Under the pieces are notes generated by a model that saw nothing but the letters and a program-made list of their open reading frames with translations, made no database searches and had not been told where the DNA came from. A DNA stretch of 64,000 nucleotides from a virus, in IMG/VR virus record IMGVR_UViG_3300020406_000804, positions 26,462 to 90,461 of that record. One strand, written 5' to 3'. This document shows positions 21,401 through 32,300 of the stretch, piece after piece. Numbering within the stretch: the stretch's first letter is position 1; each line of letters starts with the position of its first letter. Made by a program: the position numbers and the translations under genes.

Positions 21401-21939
21401 TTGAAAAAAGCATGTATAATATTATATCAAAGGATATGGTGCAATTTTTATCGGGCATAAAGTCTTTTAATAACTTAATAGGTGATCCTGTCAATAAATA
21501 TAGAAAAAATTATAAATTGTTATCTAATTTGAGGAGTAAATATTTCTTTAATTTAAAAAATGAAAATCAGTTTGAAAGATATGTGAATTATTATAAGTGG
21601 ATTGATAAAACAGTAGGCGTTTTTTTGAATCAGGTTGTACCAGCTGGCGTTCATTCAAACACGGGAATAGAAAACGTAGTTGAAAGTCATATTTTAGAGA
21701 GGAATAAAATTGACTATAAGCTTGCCTCTATAAAGCATTACGAACCAGAAGCCATTGAGGCCAGTTTGATAAATGGAAGAAAGTTTACTGAGACTGCAGA
21801 AGGCGGATGGACCACGCTTATAATCCCAGCCGACGCTGAGGAAGACCCACGCCAGGGCCCTGAAGGTCAAACATTGCTCCAGGTTTTTGAGACGTCCAAA
21901 AGTCAAAACTTTGATGGAAAAAATCACTTTCCTGATTAG
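18430..21939 (+). CDS. virion structural protein with LamG/concanavalin A-like domain(s)
   Basis: TIEFWLRK...WHHYVLS...MYKDG...SGSVDSFRFW is a LamG-like signature; position in the baseplate module. Confidence 0.7.
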   Translation: MTDFNLKNPTDINKNKSFTKKDNIHLVSERNELASKKLDSDKILQIYSEYANTFKPPIQPLEPSTFSNYGKASQYYEDSIYSIINYYPFDGTMEENIAWFISSSHLETSLFQQEWPTSVGHLNFDHSQYLSFYSGPQAIQESEFIGQARNNESGLKLDPDKGNTIEFWLRKEAFDASKQDREILFEIGSYPNKLPSSASSTLQVYLTTSAGNCFRMNYNSGSTSVSDLAIGPSTMSSSVVADSKWHHYVLSIFQNDKILNVKMYKDGQALNTVTNTLSTAMGPIDSYMAGTIGSSLLAQSGSLSGSVDSFRFWKGLRNSREIERYYDKKVHASDHTEKDYTNRLGASFRFNQPTIGSSTVDSLVLDHSGNDITARIKNYTTSTRVATSAIDLSDSANTEIKDPILKEAHSSVESLRQRLAKIAKSYDLENLNSLERILPSWARSSLYGFEDTKELDLLLHLMATVFDSVKINLDALRLNTRPEYADSRNPLYETSQSSNISSSLEKPADLDYDIVNNQFSQNKIDFMARVIENYGIELNNYYPLWHSEIEEVVESIVGNIRLERSIYETQNLIYDCLANASAYVLRRKGTESSFRSILNAAGLGKDLISTNIIGKYSNIYLNDSKFDLVTRKKKSISFIDNEEANIHLTSLNSNQRSYIAADTNETEYTFEGNFIFPKKKKTFHNVQDSSVFGVQSVSAINNNLTFASPNNASFEIVVSKESLLSNTAKFKLMSSNVELAGMTSSYYNDIYDSSVWNLALKITKDVDNSFIPVSSPSYLVEFVGKNYISDELRNSFHLSKSLTNTEYTNFKNANKTVFIGANRTNITGSVIIKSDIKVLDFNGWGTSLSDEELSHRAKTLTTFGTNRPFLFENLNNAENIPISDRLYLKMQTDNLTSIPEDNSLIIQDEIFGDQEKRDFFSHLDPKAGFSYPFTTFNFTNNLDNSISLEFLSAVENIPIGNIHGTDGIEIKENDSNKYDLDTKSELKIISFEKSMYNIISKDMVQFLSGIKSFNNLIGDPVNKYRKNYKLLSNLRSKYFFNLKNENQFERYVNYYKWIDKTVGVFLNQVVPAGVHSNTGIENVVESHILERNKIDYKLASIKHYEPEAIEASLINGRKFTETAEGGWTTLIIPADAEEDPRQGPEGQTLLQVFETSKSQNFDGKNHFPD

Positions 21940-21965
21940 AAATATAAGAAAAAGGATATTTAAAA

Positions 21966-24900
21966 GTGTCATTATATAGAACTCACATTTTAAGAATGAT
22001 CGAAGTAGAAAACTCCGCTTCACTTATGAGCCCCTTTATGGAGCTACCTCAACGCGAAACTGTCTTCAGGATTGGCCAAGGCGGCGTCCCATCAAACTCC
22101 GGCCCGTCTACTGGCGCCGAACCGGTGCCGTCTAATTTCGGCGCGGGGTTTTATAATATCATCAACATACGATCCGGCCGCGAGGGATCCGGAACCCAAG
22201 GTGCCTCTACTGGCGCCGAGAATAGCCCTCACGGCAACTATGATAGAGACTATGAAATTGTCCAAACTGCGGGCAGACTTACCAATAATAGATCTCTCGT
22301 TGCGACTGCATCTTCTTTCGGCACAGGCGCCGAGACTTACTTTGATTCAGAATACTTGACTGGGACTGTTGACTTTGTCAGAAGAGACAGGCAAAAAAAT
22401 AATCATATAATTGTTTCCACTTTTTATGGAATGCACGGACCAGAAACACATGGCATTTTTGCAACAGATAGAGATACAGAAGAATATAATCTTTACAATA
22501 CAATGAATTATAGAAACTCTATGGTCAGAGGAATTTTAAACGAGTTATCTGCAGAGCACTCTAGGCAGTTTGGTCTTTCGGGCAGAATAAGATCAGGTGT
22601 TTACATACCGTCGTTCCACAAAGTTCATAGAAATCCTAAAAGATTAGCTGGCGCTGGCCAAGACCAGCCAATTTATGATAACCTATTTGTACAAAATCAT
22701 ATGCCTCAAAATGATTTTGGGTACTGTTGGATATCTAAATCTTCAAGTGATACCGTTTATCAATTTTTAGAAAAAAATGCTAATTACGGACACCAACACT
22801 CTTTTTCAATATCTGGCTCGCTAGAATCATCGGAAACACTATCTTTTATTACATCATCTTCTTTAAATTCAAAGCTGGATTTCTTATATTTAAATACTCA
22901 TAATTCAAAAAGCCTTGATCTTCAATCGGGATTGATTACTAATTTTTCTAATTCTTTAAATTCTATATTATTAAATAATAACGGGCCCTATGGCTGGCCA
23001 AGTTGGAAGCAAATAAGAAATTCATATAATCCTTTGGTTAGAGCATATAGGAAAAACAATATTTTTACAACAGTTTTTAGAGATACTTCTCCAAATGTAT
23101 TTGCGCTCCCTGGTACAAAGTGGGACTATAAGAATACTAAAGAGGACCACCGGCCGAAAACAAAACCTAGAACAATAAAACAATACAAAGAAGTGCCGGT
23201 TACAAATAGATACTATCCGCTAGTATTTACCATTCAGCCAACATCCGACACTGAAATATTAAATATTATGATGTCCCAGGGAAAACGAGTTAACTCGCAA
23301 CAATATTCAAGCATGCTATGGAATATAGACTGGGCCGCAGCGTCAGAGGCTTTAAACTTTGAAATACCAGCGGTTCAAACAATAGTTCAGTCTTCAATAC
23401 AAAATAATTTAACTTCATATTCAAATGAAGAGTTTAGAGATGAAAAGGGATATTTCGAAACTGATTTTCTAGATTCTAAAGATTTGCATGATTTAAATAT
23501 GTTTATTAGAGAGGCGGTAAATAATCAATCGGGCCTAGACAATAGCTATCAGTTAAATTATACTGAGAAAATATATCCTTTAGAAGTAAATACGTATACT
23601 TCAGTTTCTAGAGACAGGGAAAGGTTTGTATTTTTTGGTTGGAACCCCGAAGCTTCACAGAGAACATTAAAAATGTCAGGAAATATTGAATATTCAAATT
23701 TTCTTTTTCCAAATATAAATATGTTTCCTGATATTGCAGCTGTAAAGGAGGAGAGCGAGTTTGACAAAAGCTATTATAATCGCTATGACTCTATAGATTT
23801 AAATAATTTTAATAATTCCGCTAGCTTTGATAAGCTAAATCACTTAACACAAAGTACCTGGGTTTTGGATTCTAGAGTGAACTTTGCTCAAAACCCAGTA
23901 AATATAACACAATCATTTTTCAACAATTCATCAAGTTTTATGGAAAGCAGATCACAAGGCACCCGAGGCGCAGGAATTTTACAAAATGATTTTAGTCTTT
24001 TTCCTCTTGGCATAAATGCTCTTCTAGGCGCACCACCAATAGCTCCGTTATATAGCAGAAGAGTTATTCAAAACTATAATTCTGACGCATATCTTGCTGG
24101 TGAGGCAAAGTGGGAAGCTGCCGACAATCATCCTGTAGGGCCATTTTACAAAGATTACGACACTTACTCTGAAGAAGTAAAACTAGTTGGCCAAGATTAC
24201 TCTCTAGTACCAGAATTTAGAATAAGTAAATATGTAGACGATATACTTACCACTTTAGACGAAGATAAGATTACAGAAAACATGCAGGATTTTTTAGAGG
24301 TCACAGGAGCGCTATATCACACCTCTTCAGAGGATGTACAGATAGGTAGGCAATTTTTTAAAACTTATTCAAATAGCGAATTTTTAAAATATTTCAAACC
24401 CTTACAAAAAAATAATGCATTGAATAATTTTAATCTTGAGCCAACTTCACTAACCTTAAAATGCAAAGCTGTCAAGAGATTTTTACCATACCGTGGTTTC
24501 TACCCAGCAGAAAGAGTCGTCCAATTATCTGAAATTTTTAATAAAAACTATATGCCAGAAGGTTCTTTTGAAACAGAAGTTATATCAACTCAAAGTTTAA
24601 TTTCCTCTTCAGCACAGGCAGACAGGGTGATTAGGGCTAGAATTGAAAACTCAAAGGCCATGGCCTTGAAGCCGCTCTTGGGCCCCGGGGTCTTAATGAA
24701 TTCAATCAAATCAGGTGTTGCAGTTGATTATCCAATGTTTTCTTCTTCTGTATCCCAATCTTTGGAAGCTATAAAAAATAATACAACTGGCAGTAATCTA
24801 GATATGCTAAACACCCATGCAGTGTTTGGCACTGGTGGCTTGTGTTTTACGGGGTCAGTACTAAACTCCTCAGCTGATGCTGGTATTCCAAGAATAACCG

Positions 24901-27776
24901 GGTCTATTTCTAGAAGAATAACTTTTGAAGATATTTTAGATCCTAGTCGCCTATACAACGAAGTTATATATGACAATGAGCCGCATCCAAGTTCTAGTTT
25001 GCTTTACGGATCTTCTTTCCACTTTTCTGTGCTTGAGAGACCTGCTAGATTTGGAACCTTGGATGTAGATCAAACCCGAACAAATACCGGTGTTGAATTT
25101 AAGAATACCGAACTGCAGTTCAGCGATAAAATTGCACCATTCAGATCAGCTGTACAAAATTTTTGTTCGGAAACAGTTAATTTTTTCTTAAACGAAGGAA
25201 AATTAACAACGATTTTATCTAATCCTGTTTCACCCAGGCTATTAAACGGAAAACAGTACAAGATGTTTGTATATCTAGAAAATACAGGCATCTCTACATA
25301 TGATAGACACTCATCTTTTGGTCCACCTGTCGATGCGGGAACAGTTCGCGTTCAGAGGTATGAGTTTGCAACAGCCTCAACGGGTGTACAGGCTAGTGGT
25401 TCGTTGAAGCTAACTGGCAGCTATTCAAATGCCAGTTCTCTGCACGGAGTTGACTTCACCTTAAAGGCAGTTAACTCGCTAGAGAGAACATATAAATTTT
25501 CTACGGGCTCATCCCCGGTAACTGGACAACTTGACTCTGGAAAATATATAATCAAAATTACAGGTATGAATACTTCTAATATTTTAAATGAAATAAATAC
25601 TGCAATAACAGACGTGCACAGTGGGTCTATAAATGTAACGGTAGTCGCACCAAGTAGCAGCGTTACATTTACTCAGGCTGAAACTGGAAGTGTTGGCAAT
25701 CACTCTATAAGCAAGTCAGGCGCGCAGGCTTCAAATGTATCTGTTTTAGGGTTCTTAGGAGGGCAGACCGGATCAATTACAACTTCCAAATTTCTATCAT
25801 CAACAAATGTTAACGAGAATAGCTCTCATGGATATTTGCCATATGTGCCACCATTTTTGGATCCAAAAACTACCCCATATGCTGAAGTCTCATTCACTCC
25901 AAGTAATACAGATAACTTTAGCATAAAAGAGATTATCGAGGGTAGCACAATAACTTATTATAATATGAAAGCACCCAGTAACCCAAATACGAATACAAAT
26001 TATATAAACTCAATGAATGTCGGAGCCAGCTTAAAATTAGATAAGTTTGTAAGATTAAAAGGTGACAATTTTAGTTTTGAAACGGTTGACGACCCTTCTG
26101 GAGCGACGGTCTCTGAATCTCCAATAGGAAATACTGACAAGTATCGGTGGGTCATACAGACTCGATGGGAAACCCCAGTTTTAAATTTTGAAAACGTATC
26201 CTCAAGTATTTTAGATATATCTAATAACTCAGTTGCAAAAGTTAATAATTCTCCATATAAGACGCGGTTTCAAGATAATTACTATATAGAAAGATCATCA
26301 TCCTTGACGCCTTATCTTACTGGATCTAGGGGTATGTGGCACCAGAAAGGAGAATTACTTGATCATAACTCTAATAAAGGGTATATTCTAGGTATTGCTG
26401 GGCCCCATGTTGAAAACGAAGATGCTGAAATACAAAATTTGGCAGTTGCTTTAGGTTTTGCACCCAAAGAGTCACAAAGATCTAATAACGCACAAGAAAT
26501 AAGGTATCGAAAAACTAAACTTGGAAAATTATCAAAAGACAAGAAAATTTGTGAAGCGGTCGTCGCGATACCGTATTATACTGATAATAAGGGAAAGATA
26601 ATACTTTTTTCGGTTTCCAAAAGTATGCTGACAAAAGCAAAGTCTTTCAACAAAAGAAGAAAAGATCAATTCAGGATAAATTATAGAAATAAGCAGAACG
26701 ACTATCAATCTTCGTTAAAGATGATACAGGAGTATGATGATTTTTACGGCGACACAGGCCGCTCTGCAGTGTCAAGTTTGGCGTACCAATTAAGAATGTT
26801 GGATAAGTATGTCTTACCCCCGCAATTTGACTTTGTAAGAAATGAAAATGTTGAAGCCCATGTGCAGTTTATTTTTCAATTTCAGGCTAACTTGAAAGAA
26901 TCAGATCTTGCAGAGATGTGGCAAAATTTGTACCCCTCTAGTGGCCAAGGGGCTTCAGTTGCTCAGCATTCACGAGTCTTTAAAAATAGAGAAGATGAAA
27001 ACAATAACAGAAAAGAATCAGAACTAGATACAGAGTATGTTACATGCAACATTAACATGCAAGATGCAATAAATAACCAATCGACATTTCAGAATCCAGA
27101 AATGTTTATGAAAGAAAAAGTCCGATGGCTAATATTTAAATCTAAATTTAGAGGGATGAGTAACTACAATAAGCTTGTAAACAAGTCAATCTCCTTGTTT
27201 GAAGAGGATATAATAAAAGAGGAGAAAGATCTTATTACAGATAACCTAGACCCAGGTTTTTTCTTTAACAACTATGGCTATAATTGGCCATATGATTATT
27301 TTTCAGTTGTAGAATTAGCAGAAGTTGAAGCAAAAATAGATTTTAATCCTAAAGGCCCGACACTAGAAGAACAAATTGAAATTGAAGAAGCCGTAGAAGA
27401 TTTAATTTTAGAGTTTACGGGGGCAGCAACAGTCACAACTCAAGTCCCAGAAGCAGTTTCAGCAGACCCGAAGCAGACAGATTTTGTTGCCAAAAACTTT
27501 ATAACGGCTGTAAACAGTGGATCAATTGACCAAATAACCTTAAGCAGAACCCTGAAGGAAGCAGGAACTTCACCACCATCTCCGGCAAACCAGATAACGA
27601 TAGATTTGCCAGATGGTTTTGCAGTAATTCCTGGAACTGAATCTATTTTTGTAAACGGTGTACTTCAAGTCCAAGGCGCTGGCAGTGATTATGTTTTATC
27701 TACCAATACAATAAACTTTACTTACGATTTGCAGACTATAGATATAGTAAAAGCTAATTATATAATGAATAATTGA
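21966..27776 (+). CDS. large virion structural protein (1936 aa; start uncertain)
   Basis: Long ORF in the tail module. Carries the shared inserted module (~25383-25765) and a C-terminal small beta domain (ESIFVNGVLQ...DY...INF). Confidence 0.65.
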   Translation: MSLYRTHILRMIEVENSASLMSPFMELPQRETVFRIGQGGVPSNSGPSTGAEPVPSNFGAGFYNIINIRSGREGSGTQGASTGAENSPHGNYDRDYEIVQTAGRLTNNRSLVATASSFGTGAETYFDSEYLTGTVDFVRRDRQKNNHIIVSTFYGMHGPETHGIFATDRDTEEYNLYNTMNYRNSMVRGILNELSAEHSRQFGLSGRIRSGVYIPSFHKVHRNPKRLAGAGQDQPIYDNLFVQNHMPQNDFGYCWISKSSSDTVYQFLEKNANYGHQHSFSISGSLESSETLSFITSSSLNSKLDFLYLNTHNSKSLDLQSGLITNFSNSLNSILLNNNGPYGWPSWKQIRNSYNPLVRAYRKNNIFTTVFRDTSPNVFALPGTKWDYKNTKEDHRPKTKPRTIKQYKEVPVTNRYYPLVFTIQPTSDTEILNIMMSQGKRVNSQQYSSMLWNIDWAAASEALNFEIPAVQTIVQSSIQNNLTSYSNEEFRDEKGYFETDFLDSKDLHDLNMFIREAVNNQSGLDNSYQLNYTEKIYPLEVNTYTSVSRDRERFVFFGWNPEASQRTLKMSGNIEYSNFLFPNINMFPDIAAVKEESEFDKSYYNRYDSIDLNNFNNSASFDKLNHLTQSTWVLDSRVNFAQNPVNITQSFFNNSSSFMESRSQGTRGAGILQNDFSLFPLGINALLGAPPIAPLYSRRVIQNYNSDAYLAGEAKWEAADNHPVGPFYKDYDTYSEEVKLVGQDYSLVPEFRISKYVDDILTTLDEDKITENMQDFLEVTGALYHTSSEDVQIGRQFFKTYSNSEFLKYFKPLQKNNALNNFNLEPTSLTLKCKAVKRFLPYRGFYPAERVVQLSEIFNKNYMPEGSFETEVISTQSLISSSAQADRVIRARIENSKAMALKPLLGPGVLMNSIKSGVAVDYPMFSSSVSQSLEAIKNNTTGSNLDMLNTHAVFGTGGLCFTGSVLNSSADAGIPRITGSISRRITFEDILDPSRLYNEVIYDNEPHPSSSLLYGSSFHFSVLERPARFGTLDVDQTRTNTGVEFKNTELQFSDKIAPFRSAVQNFCSETVNFFLNEGKLTTILSNPVSPRLLNGKQYKMFVYLENTGISTYDRHSSFGPPVDAGTVRVQRYEFATASTGVQASGSLKLTGSYSNASSLHGVDFTLKAVNSLERTYKFSTGSSPVTGQLDSGKYIIKITGMNTSNILNEINTAITDVHSGSINVTVVAPSSSVTFTQAETGSVGNHSISKSGAQASNVSVLGFLGGQTGSITTSKFLSSTNVNENSSHGYLPYVPPFLDPKTTPYAEVSFTPSNTDNFSIKEIIEGSTITYYNMKAPSNPNTNTNYINSMNVGASLKLDKFVRLKGDNFSFETVDDPSGATVSESPIGNTDKYRWVIQTRWETPVLNFENVSSSILDISNNSVAKVNNSPYKTRFQDNYYIERSSSLTPYLTGSRGMWHQKGELLDHNSNKGYILGIAGPHVENEDAEIQNLAVALGFAPKESQRSNNAQEIRYRKTKLGKLSKDKKICEAVVAIPYYTDNKGKIILFSVSKSMLTKAKSFNKRRKDQFRINYRNKQNDYQSSLKMIQEYDDFYGDTGRSAVSSLAYQLRMLDKYVLPPQFDFVRNENVEAHVQFIFQFQANLKESDLAEMWQNLYPSSGQGASVAQHSRVFKNREDENNNRKESELDTEYVTCNINMQDAINNQSTFQNPEMFMKEKVRWLIFKSKFRGMSNYNKLVNKSISLFEEDIIKEEKDLITDNLDPGFFFNNYGYNWPYDYFSVVELAEVEAKIDFNPKGPTLEEQIEIEEAVEDLILEFTGAATVTTQVPEAVSADPKQTDFVAKNFITAVNSGSIDQITLSRTLKEAGTSPPSPANQITIDLPDGFAVIPGTESIFVNGVLQVQGAGSDYVLSTNTINFTYDLQTIDIVKANYIMNN

Positions 27777-27803
27777 TAAATTTTTTAGAAATGGTGTTTT
27801 AAT

Positions 27804-29357
27804 ATGGAATTTTTTGATAAAAAAGAAGAAGTAATAGATGTTAAATTAACAAGATATGGCAGGAACTTGCTATCTAAAGGCATGTTCCGCCCGCAATATT
27901 ATATGTTTTTTGACGATGACATACTATACAATTCACAAAAAGCTGGGTTCACAGAATCACAAAACTCTACAGAAGTAAGAATTTTAGAAGAAACTCCAAA
28001 GCTTAAAACACAATATACAGTTTTGCCAATAGAAGAGCCATTTGAATCACCCGTGCCAGACGCTGCAAGAGAGTCTGTAACAGCAGCGATGATGTCGGAT
28101 ACACCAACGCCGCATTTTTCTGAGATGAACTTTGAAGACCTTGTTAACCCGGGGCAGTATAACTTAATTAGCGAAGAACAGCGCCAAGAGCAGATGTTTA
28201 ATCAGTTCCAGAGAGGCGGCGGAAGCATGATGTCTTCGCTCGAAAGAGTTGAAGCGCAAAGAGCAGCCATGGAAGACCTGCGAGAGCGACTGCGCTCCGC
28301 TGGTTATTCGCCCGGAGGAGAGCCGTATGGCGAACGTCGCACTCGTGAAAATCAAGACCGCGCACGCCGCGAATGGGAGGAGGAATATGGCTATTTGTTT
28401 GAGGAACAAAATAACCAATCCTCTCAAATGCAACAATTCTTGATTGCAAACACCGGTAGAGACGATGTAGCCGCGGAAGATGTTGTTGCCGATAACATGA
28501 CTGAGGATACGAGACAAAGACTCGACCAATTGGCCTCCCTAGCCTCCGGCGCCGGGGGCATGGCTCGAATGGACCCGCGCCGCGACACGGAAACGGAAAC
28601 AGCCAGTCCACTGCAAAGCGCATTTTTAGGTAGAGGCATGGATATTACCTCTGAAACCATGAAGCAAACCTCTACCGGGCTCCCTGGGGGCATGGATCTT
28701 GCGGAACCGCTAGACGGCGAAAGGATGGTCGGTTTTCTTTTGGGAGGCGCTGGAATAAGTATTCTTGAGCGAACATCCCGTGCCCGCGGCGCTGTACCAA
28801 CAGGCGCCGGCGCTAGTTACAATCTGCAAGAAAGGGCCTTGCTGTATCCACTATACAATCAAGAAATACAAAGCAAAACAGCACCCGCCTTCGATGTTTT
28901 TAGTTTGGACACTAACTTCTCAGGTTCTGTAACTTATCAACATTTTACTAGTTCTGGGATATTAAAAAATGTACCTCAATTAACAATGTCGCCGCAATAT
29001 GAAATAATAAAGGACTCTTCCGCCTTGAGACCACCTACTACGATAACTTCTGAAACTCATTTCGATTTAACCGGAGACGAAATTATTTTTGCAGATAACT
29101 CAAAATTGACTTTGAGGAAAGAGGAAATTATATTAGACATAGAAGAAATTAGTACTTTTGTGGGCAGTGATAACTTTACATTAGAGGTGTTTGAAATGAA
29201 AAAAACAGCCTCAGGTAAAGACATTCTAGAAAAACTAGAAGATATAAATTCTATTAGACATTTTTTTCACATAAAAGCCGATGAATCAATTAATTTTTCG
29301 GGAGTTCAACATTTATCTAAAAAACAAAGAAATGACAAAAAGAGGTTTGATTTATAA
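27804..29357 (+). CDS. virion structural protein with a GC-rich disordered insert
   Basis: N-terminus VIDVKLTRYGRNLLSKGMF...FFDDDILY parallels ORF 39177 (LLDAVLTDLGRKRLAEGVF...LGDEEINY). Confidence 0.65.
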   Translation: MEFFDKKEEVIDVKLTRYGRNLLSKGMFRPQYYMFFDDDILYNSQKAGFTESQNSTEVRILEETPKLKTQYTVLPIEEPFESPVPDAARESVTAAMMSDTPTPHFSEMNFEDLVNPGQYNLISEEQRQEQMFNQFQRGGGSMMSSLERVEAQRAAMEDLRERLRSAGYSPGGEPYGERRTRENQDRARREWEEEYGYLFEEQNNQSSQMQQFLIANTGRDDVAAEDVVADNMTEDTRQRLDQLASLASGAGGMARMDPRRDTETETASPLQSAFLGRGMDITSETMKQTSTGLPGGMDLAEPLDGERMVGFLLGGAGISILERTSRARGAVPTGAGASYNLQERALLYPLYNQEIQSKTAPAFDVFSLDTNFSGSVTYQHFTSSGILKNVPQLTMSPQYEIIKDSSALRPPTTITSETHFDLTGDEIIFADNSKLTLRKEEIILDIEEISTFVGSDNFTLEVFEMKKTASGKDILEKLEDINSIRHFFHIKADESINFSGVQHLSKKQRNDKKRFDL

Positions 29358-32300
29358 TGGTAGAACTTAGGAATTTAGACTTTCCAATACTGGAAACCAA
29401 AAAAATAACACTTTCAAAAGACAAAAATGATGAAGAAATCCTAAGGGTTGAAATTGATTACGCCTTAAGATCGAGATCCCCCCTCACTAGTTCAGGACTT
29501 AAAACTAGTCTTAGTTCTTTATATGTTTACTTTTTGGTTCTTGATAATATAGAGTTTGAGAAACTTTATTCATCTTTATCTTCACCTCAGCGCAAAATAG
29601 CTATTCAAAATATACTTAATCACAGTTATGGCAATATTCTTTTTAAGCATAGCAATTTAATTAGAGTTTCTTTAGCTGACGTCTTGAACACCTCATCATC
29701 ACCAACTTTGAGAGGCAGGGGAGAGCTTGGTACTGGTGCATTTAGTAGTATCGCCCCCAGCCCATCTAATACAAGAGAAATGATGTCAAAAATCACAATA
29801 AAATACTCCAACCGCGCGCTCTTCTCCACCGCCGGGTCCCCATTCCGACCAGGCACCGCGACAGGCTCGACACACTCTAGATCCGTTGGCGGCTTACATC
29901 TTCTGTGCTTTTTAGACTCTTCAGAAAATAACTCTAGTAGATCGGCAAGTACGGACTTAACTTATGATCACTTGCTTGAATACAATAGCCAGACAAGAAG
30001 ATTAGCAATTCCCAAAACAAGAAAATCATTTTTTATAAACGATCCCGAATATCCTGAAGTGCTTGGTCAGGCTTATCAGGGACCTGTGCATTACCACAGT
30101 ACCCTAAATCCTGGCGCCAACGGTTATGTTGGCTGGATGGCCGGATCCAATAAACCAGGGCACCCAATGGGCCCTCACTTGTCTGTAAAGGAAATAACCA
30201 ACTATAAAGTTCATTCTGACTCGTTTGTAGATATGGCACCAGAACTACAGATTCCGATTGTTTCTTTAAACTCAACTTCTGATACTGGTAGAAAACTTAT
30301 AAGTTTTTCAAATGTAGCCAACGGTGGCTCTGGCACTGGAGGCGCAACAACCGGACAAAGACCGGCAGGTCCCGGCGCCACAACTTCCTTGAGAGAAAGA
30401 AACGAGCTTTCAAATTCCATTCACGCCGGCTCGAAAAAAAATGAAACATTTGTAACAAAAGAGACAAAGCGCACCGCGCACTATAGGTCGATTTCTGCAA
30501 CAAACAATGGGCACATTGATTCAAATTATTGTGGATCTGTTATCGGGATTAATGTTTTAAAATTATTAAAAAACAATTCAATGCTTGGGACTTTTATAAA
30601 CTTGCACTTGAAAAAGAAAAATTCAGCAATAGTGAGAGAAATATTAAAATTTTTTGAAATTAAATATTTTTGTGTAAAGAGAGATAAAATAGAAGAAGAT
30701 TATAAAAATGTAAATACAAGGAGCACAAGGGTAGAAACAACCGATAAAGAAAAGTCCATAGACCTAATAACATCCAGAGATATTAATCCTGGAAAATTAG
30801 GGTCAGCACTCAATTCCAGGGCGAGTATTGAGCAGATAGACTTGGCTTTTTTTGATGGTACACTTCCACCTCCAAATATTAAAAACTACCTTCTAAAAGA
30901 TTATGATCTTTTTCATAATTATGACCATGGAAAATACACTTATTCTGTGGAGGTGCATTTTACAGACGCACCTATAAAATATGTACAGAATTTAGAAGCT
31001 GTTTTGAGTGTTGCAGTCTCATTTTTTTCTCAATATGTTTCCGTTGCAGAGGCGCCGGCGGTATATGATAGTACAGGGCAACATCTGTACGGTGCCTATG
31101 ATCCTGTAAAAAAGCGGCAAGTAAAGGCTTTTGCCAACGACGTTCGGCTCAACAAATATGTTAGCCTAGCGATTAAAGCATATTCCGAGTCGTATACGTT
31201 TTTCTCAGGAAGGCGAAAAAATTTAAATCAGTTGGCTAAGCAAATAATGACTTTTAATTATAATCAAAAAACCGCGAAAGACTTTTTAAGAAATTTGATT
31301 AAGATGCAAAAACATACAATAAAATTTTTAAAAAAATTTTCAAGTTATAGTAAGACAGATCAAGTAAATGGTAAAAGTGTACATGTTGAAAGTAAAACTG
31401 GTTCCATGGGCTCAGATCTTCTTCAATCATCTTCTAACACCAATATCGTACACGATGTTTCAAATCTAAACGAAGTTTTAATAGACAATGTCCCACCTAC
31501 TGGACTGAGCGAAGAGTTTCCTTCTAAAACAAACTTTTTGAGAGGATTGCAACTACATCGCCCCACGGCCGGCGCAAACAAAATTTTAGAATATGTACCA
31601 GGTAGATATGTTAATATCTCAAAAAGCAGATACGAGGTAGACCACAATACAACAAGTGTCTCAAACTCGATATCAAGCCCAAGTTCAATAATAAGTTTAA
31701 AAAGAGTGTCCCGTCGTCCTGGCGTAAAGGTGTTTATTAGTGGCAGAAACTCAACGTTTCTTCAAAAATCTAGATATGATAGGTTATCTTCTGACCAGAA
31801 GTTTGTTTTTGATACAAAATTAGCGGTTTTAAAATCTAACCGAGGCTCTAATTCGGATTTAAAATCAAAGCCAAACGAATTTTTTCCAGGTTTTTTACAA
31901 ACAAATAATTCTGCTTTATCAATTTCTGCTTCTGGTTTTGCTAAATTCAAAAATTCTAAAGATGAAGATAAAATTTTTGAAAAAGTATTGGGCAGAATTA
32001 TCCCTGATATGTCTAGTGAAATGCAAACAAACATACTAACTTCTGCTTTTAATGCTAAAGACTTTAAAGAGTTTGAAAAATCAATTAATGATACCTATAA
32101 GGAACAGATTTCTCTTAGGAAAACGCTTGGTGTTTTTTATCAAAATTTCCATAGATACTTAAGCTTTAATAGATTGCTAAATAAGCAGAGAATTAACAAA
32201 TTAGATTACAGACAAATATTTAATAGGGGAGAGGCCAGAGCAACATTACAAACAAATGAGACAATGACAAATCAAGATATATTTGAAACAGAAAAATTTA

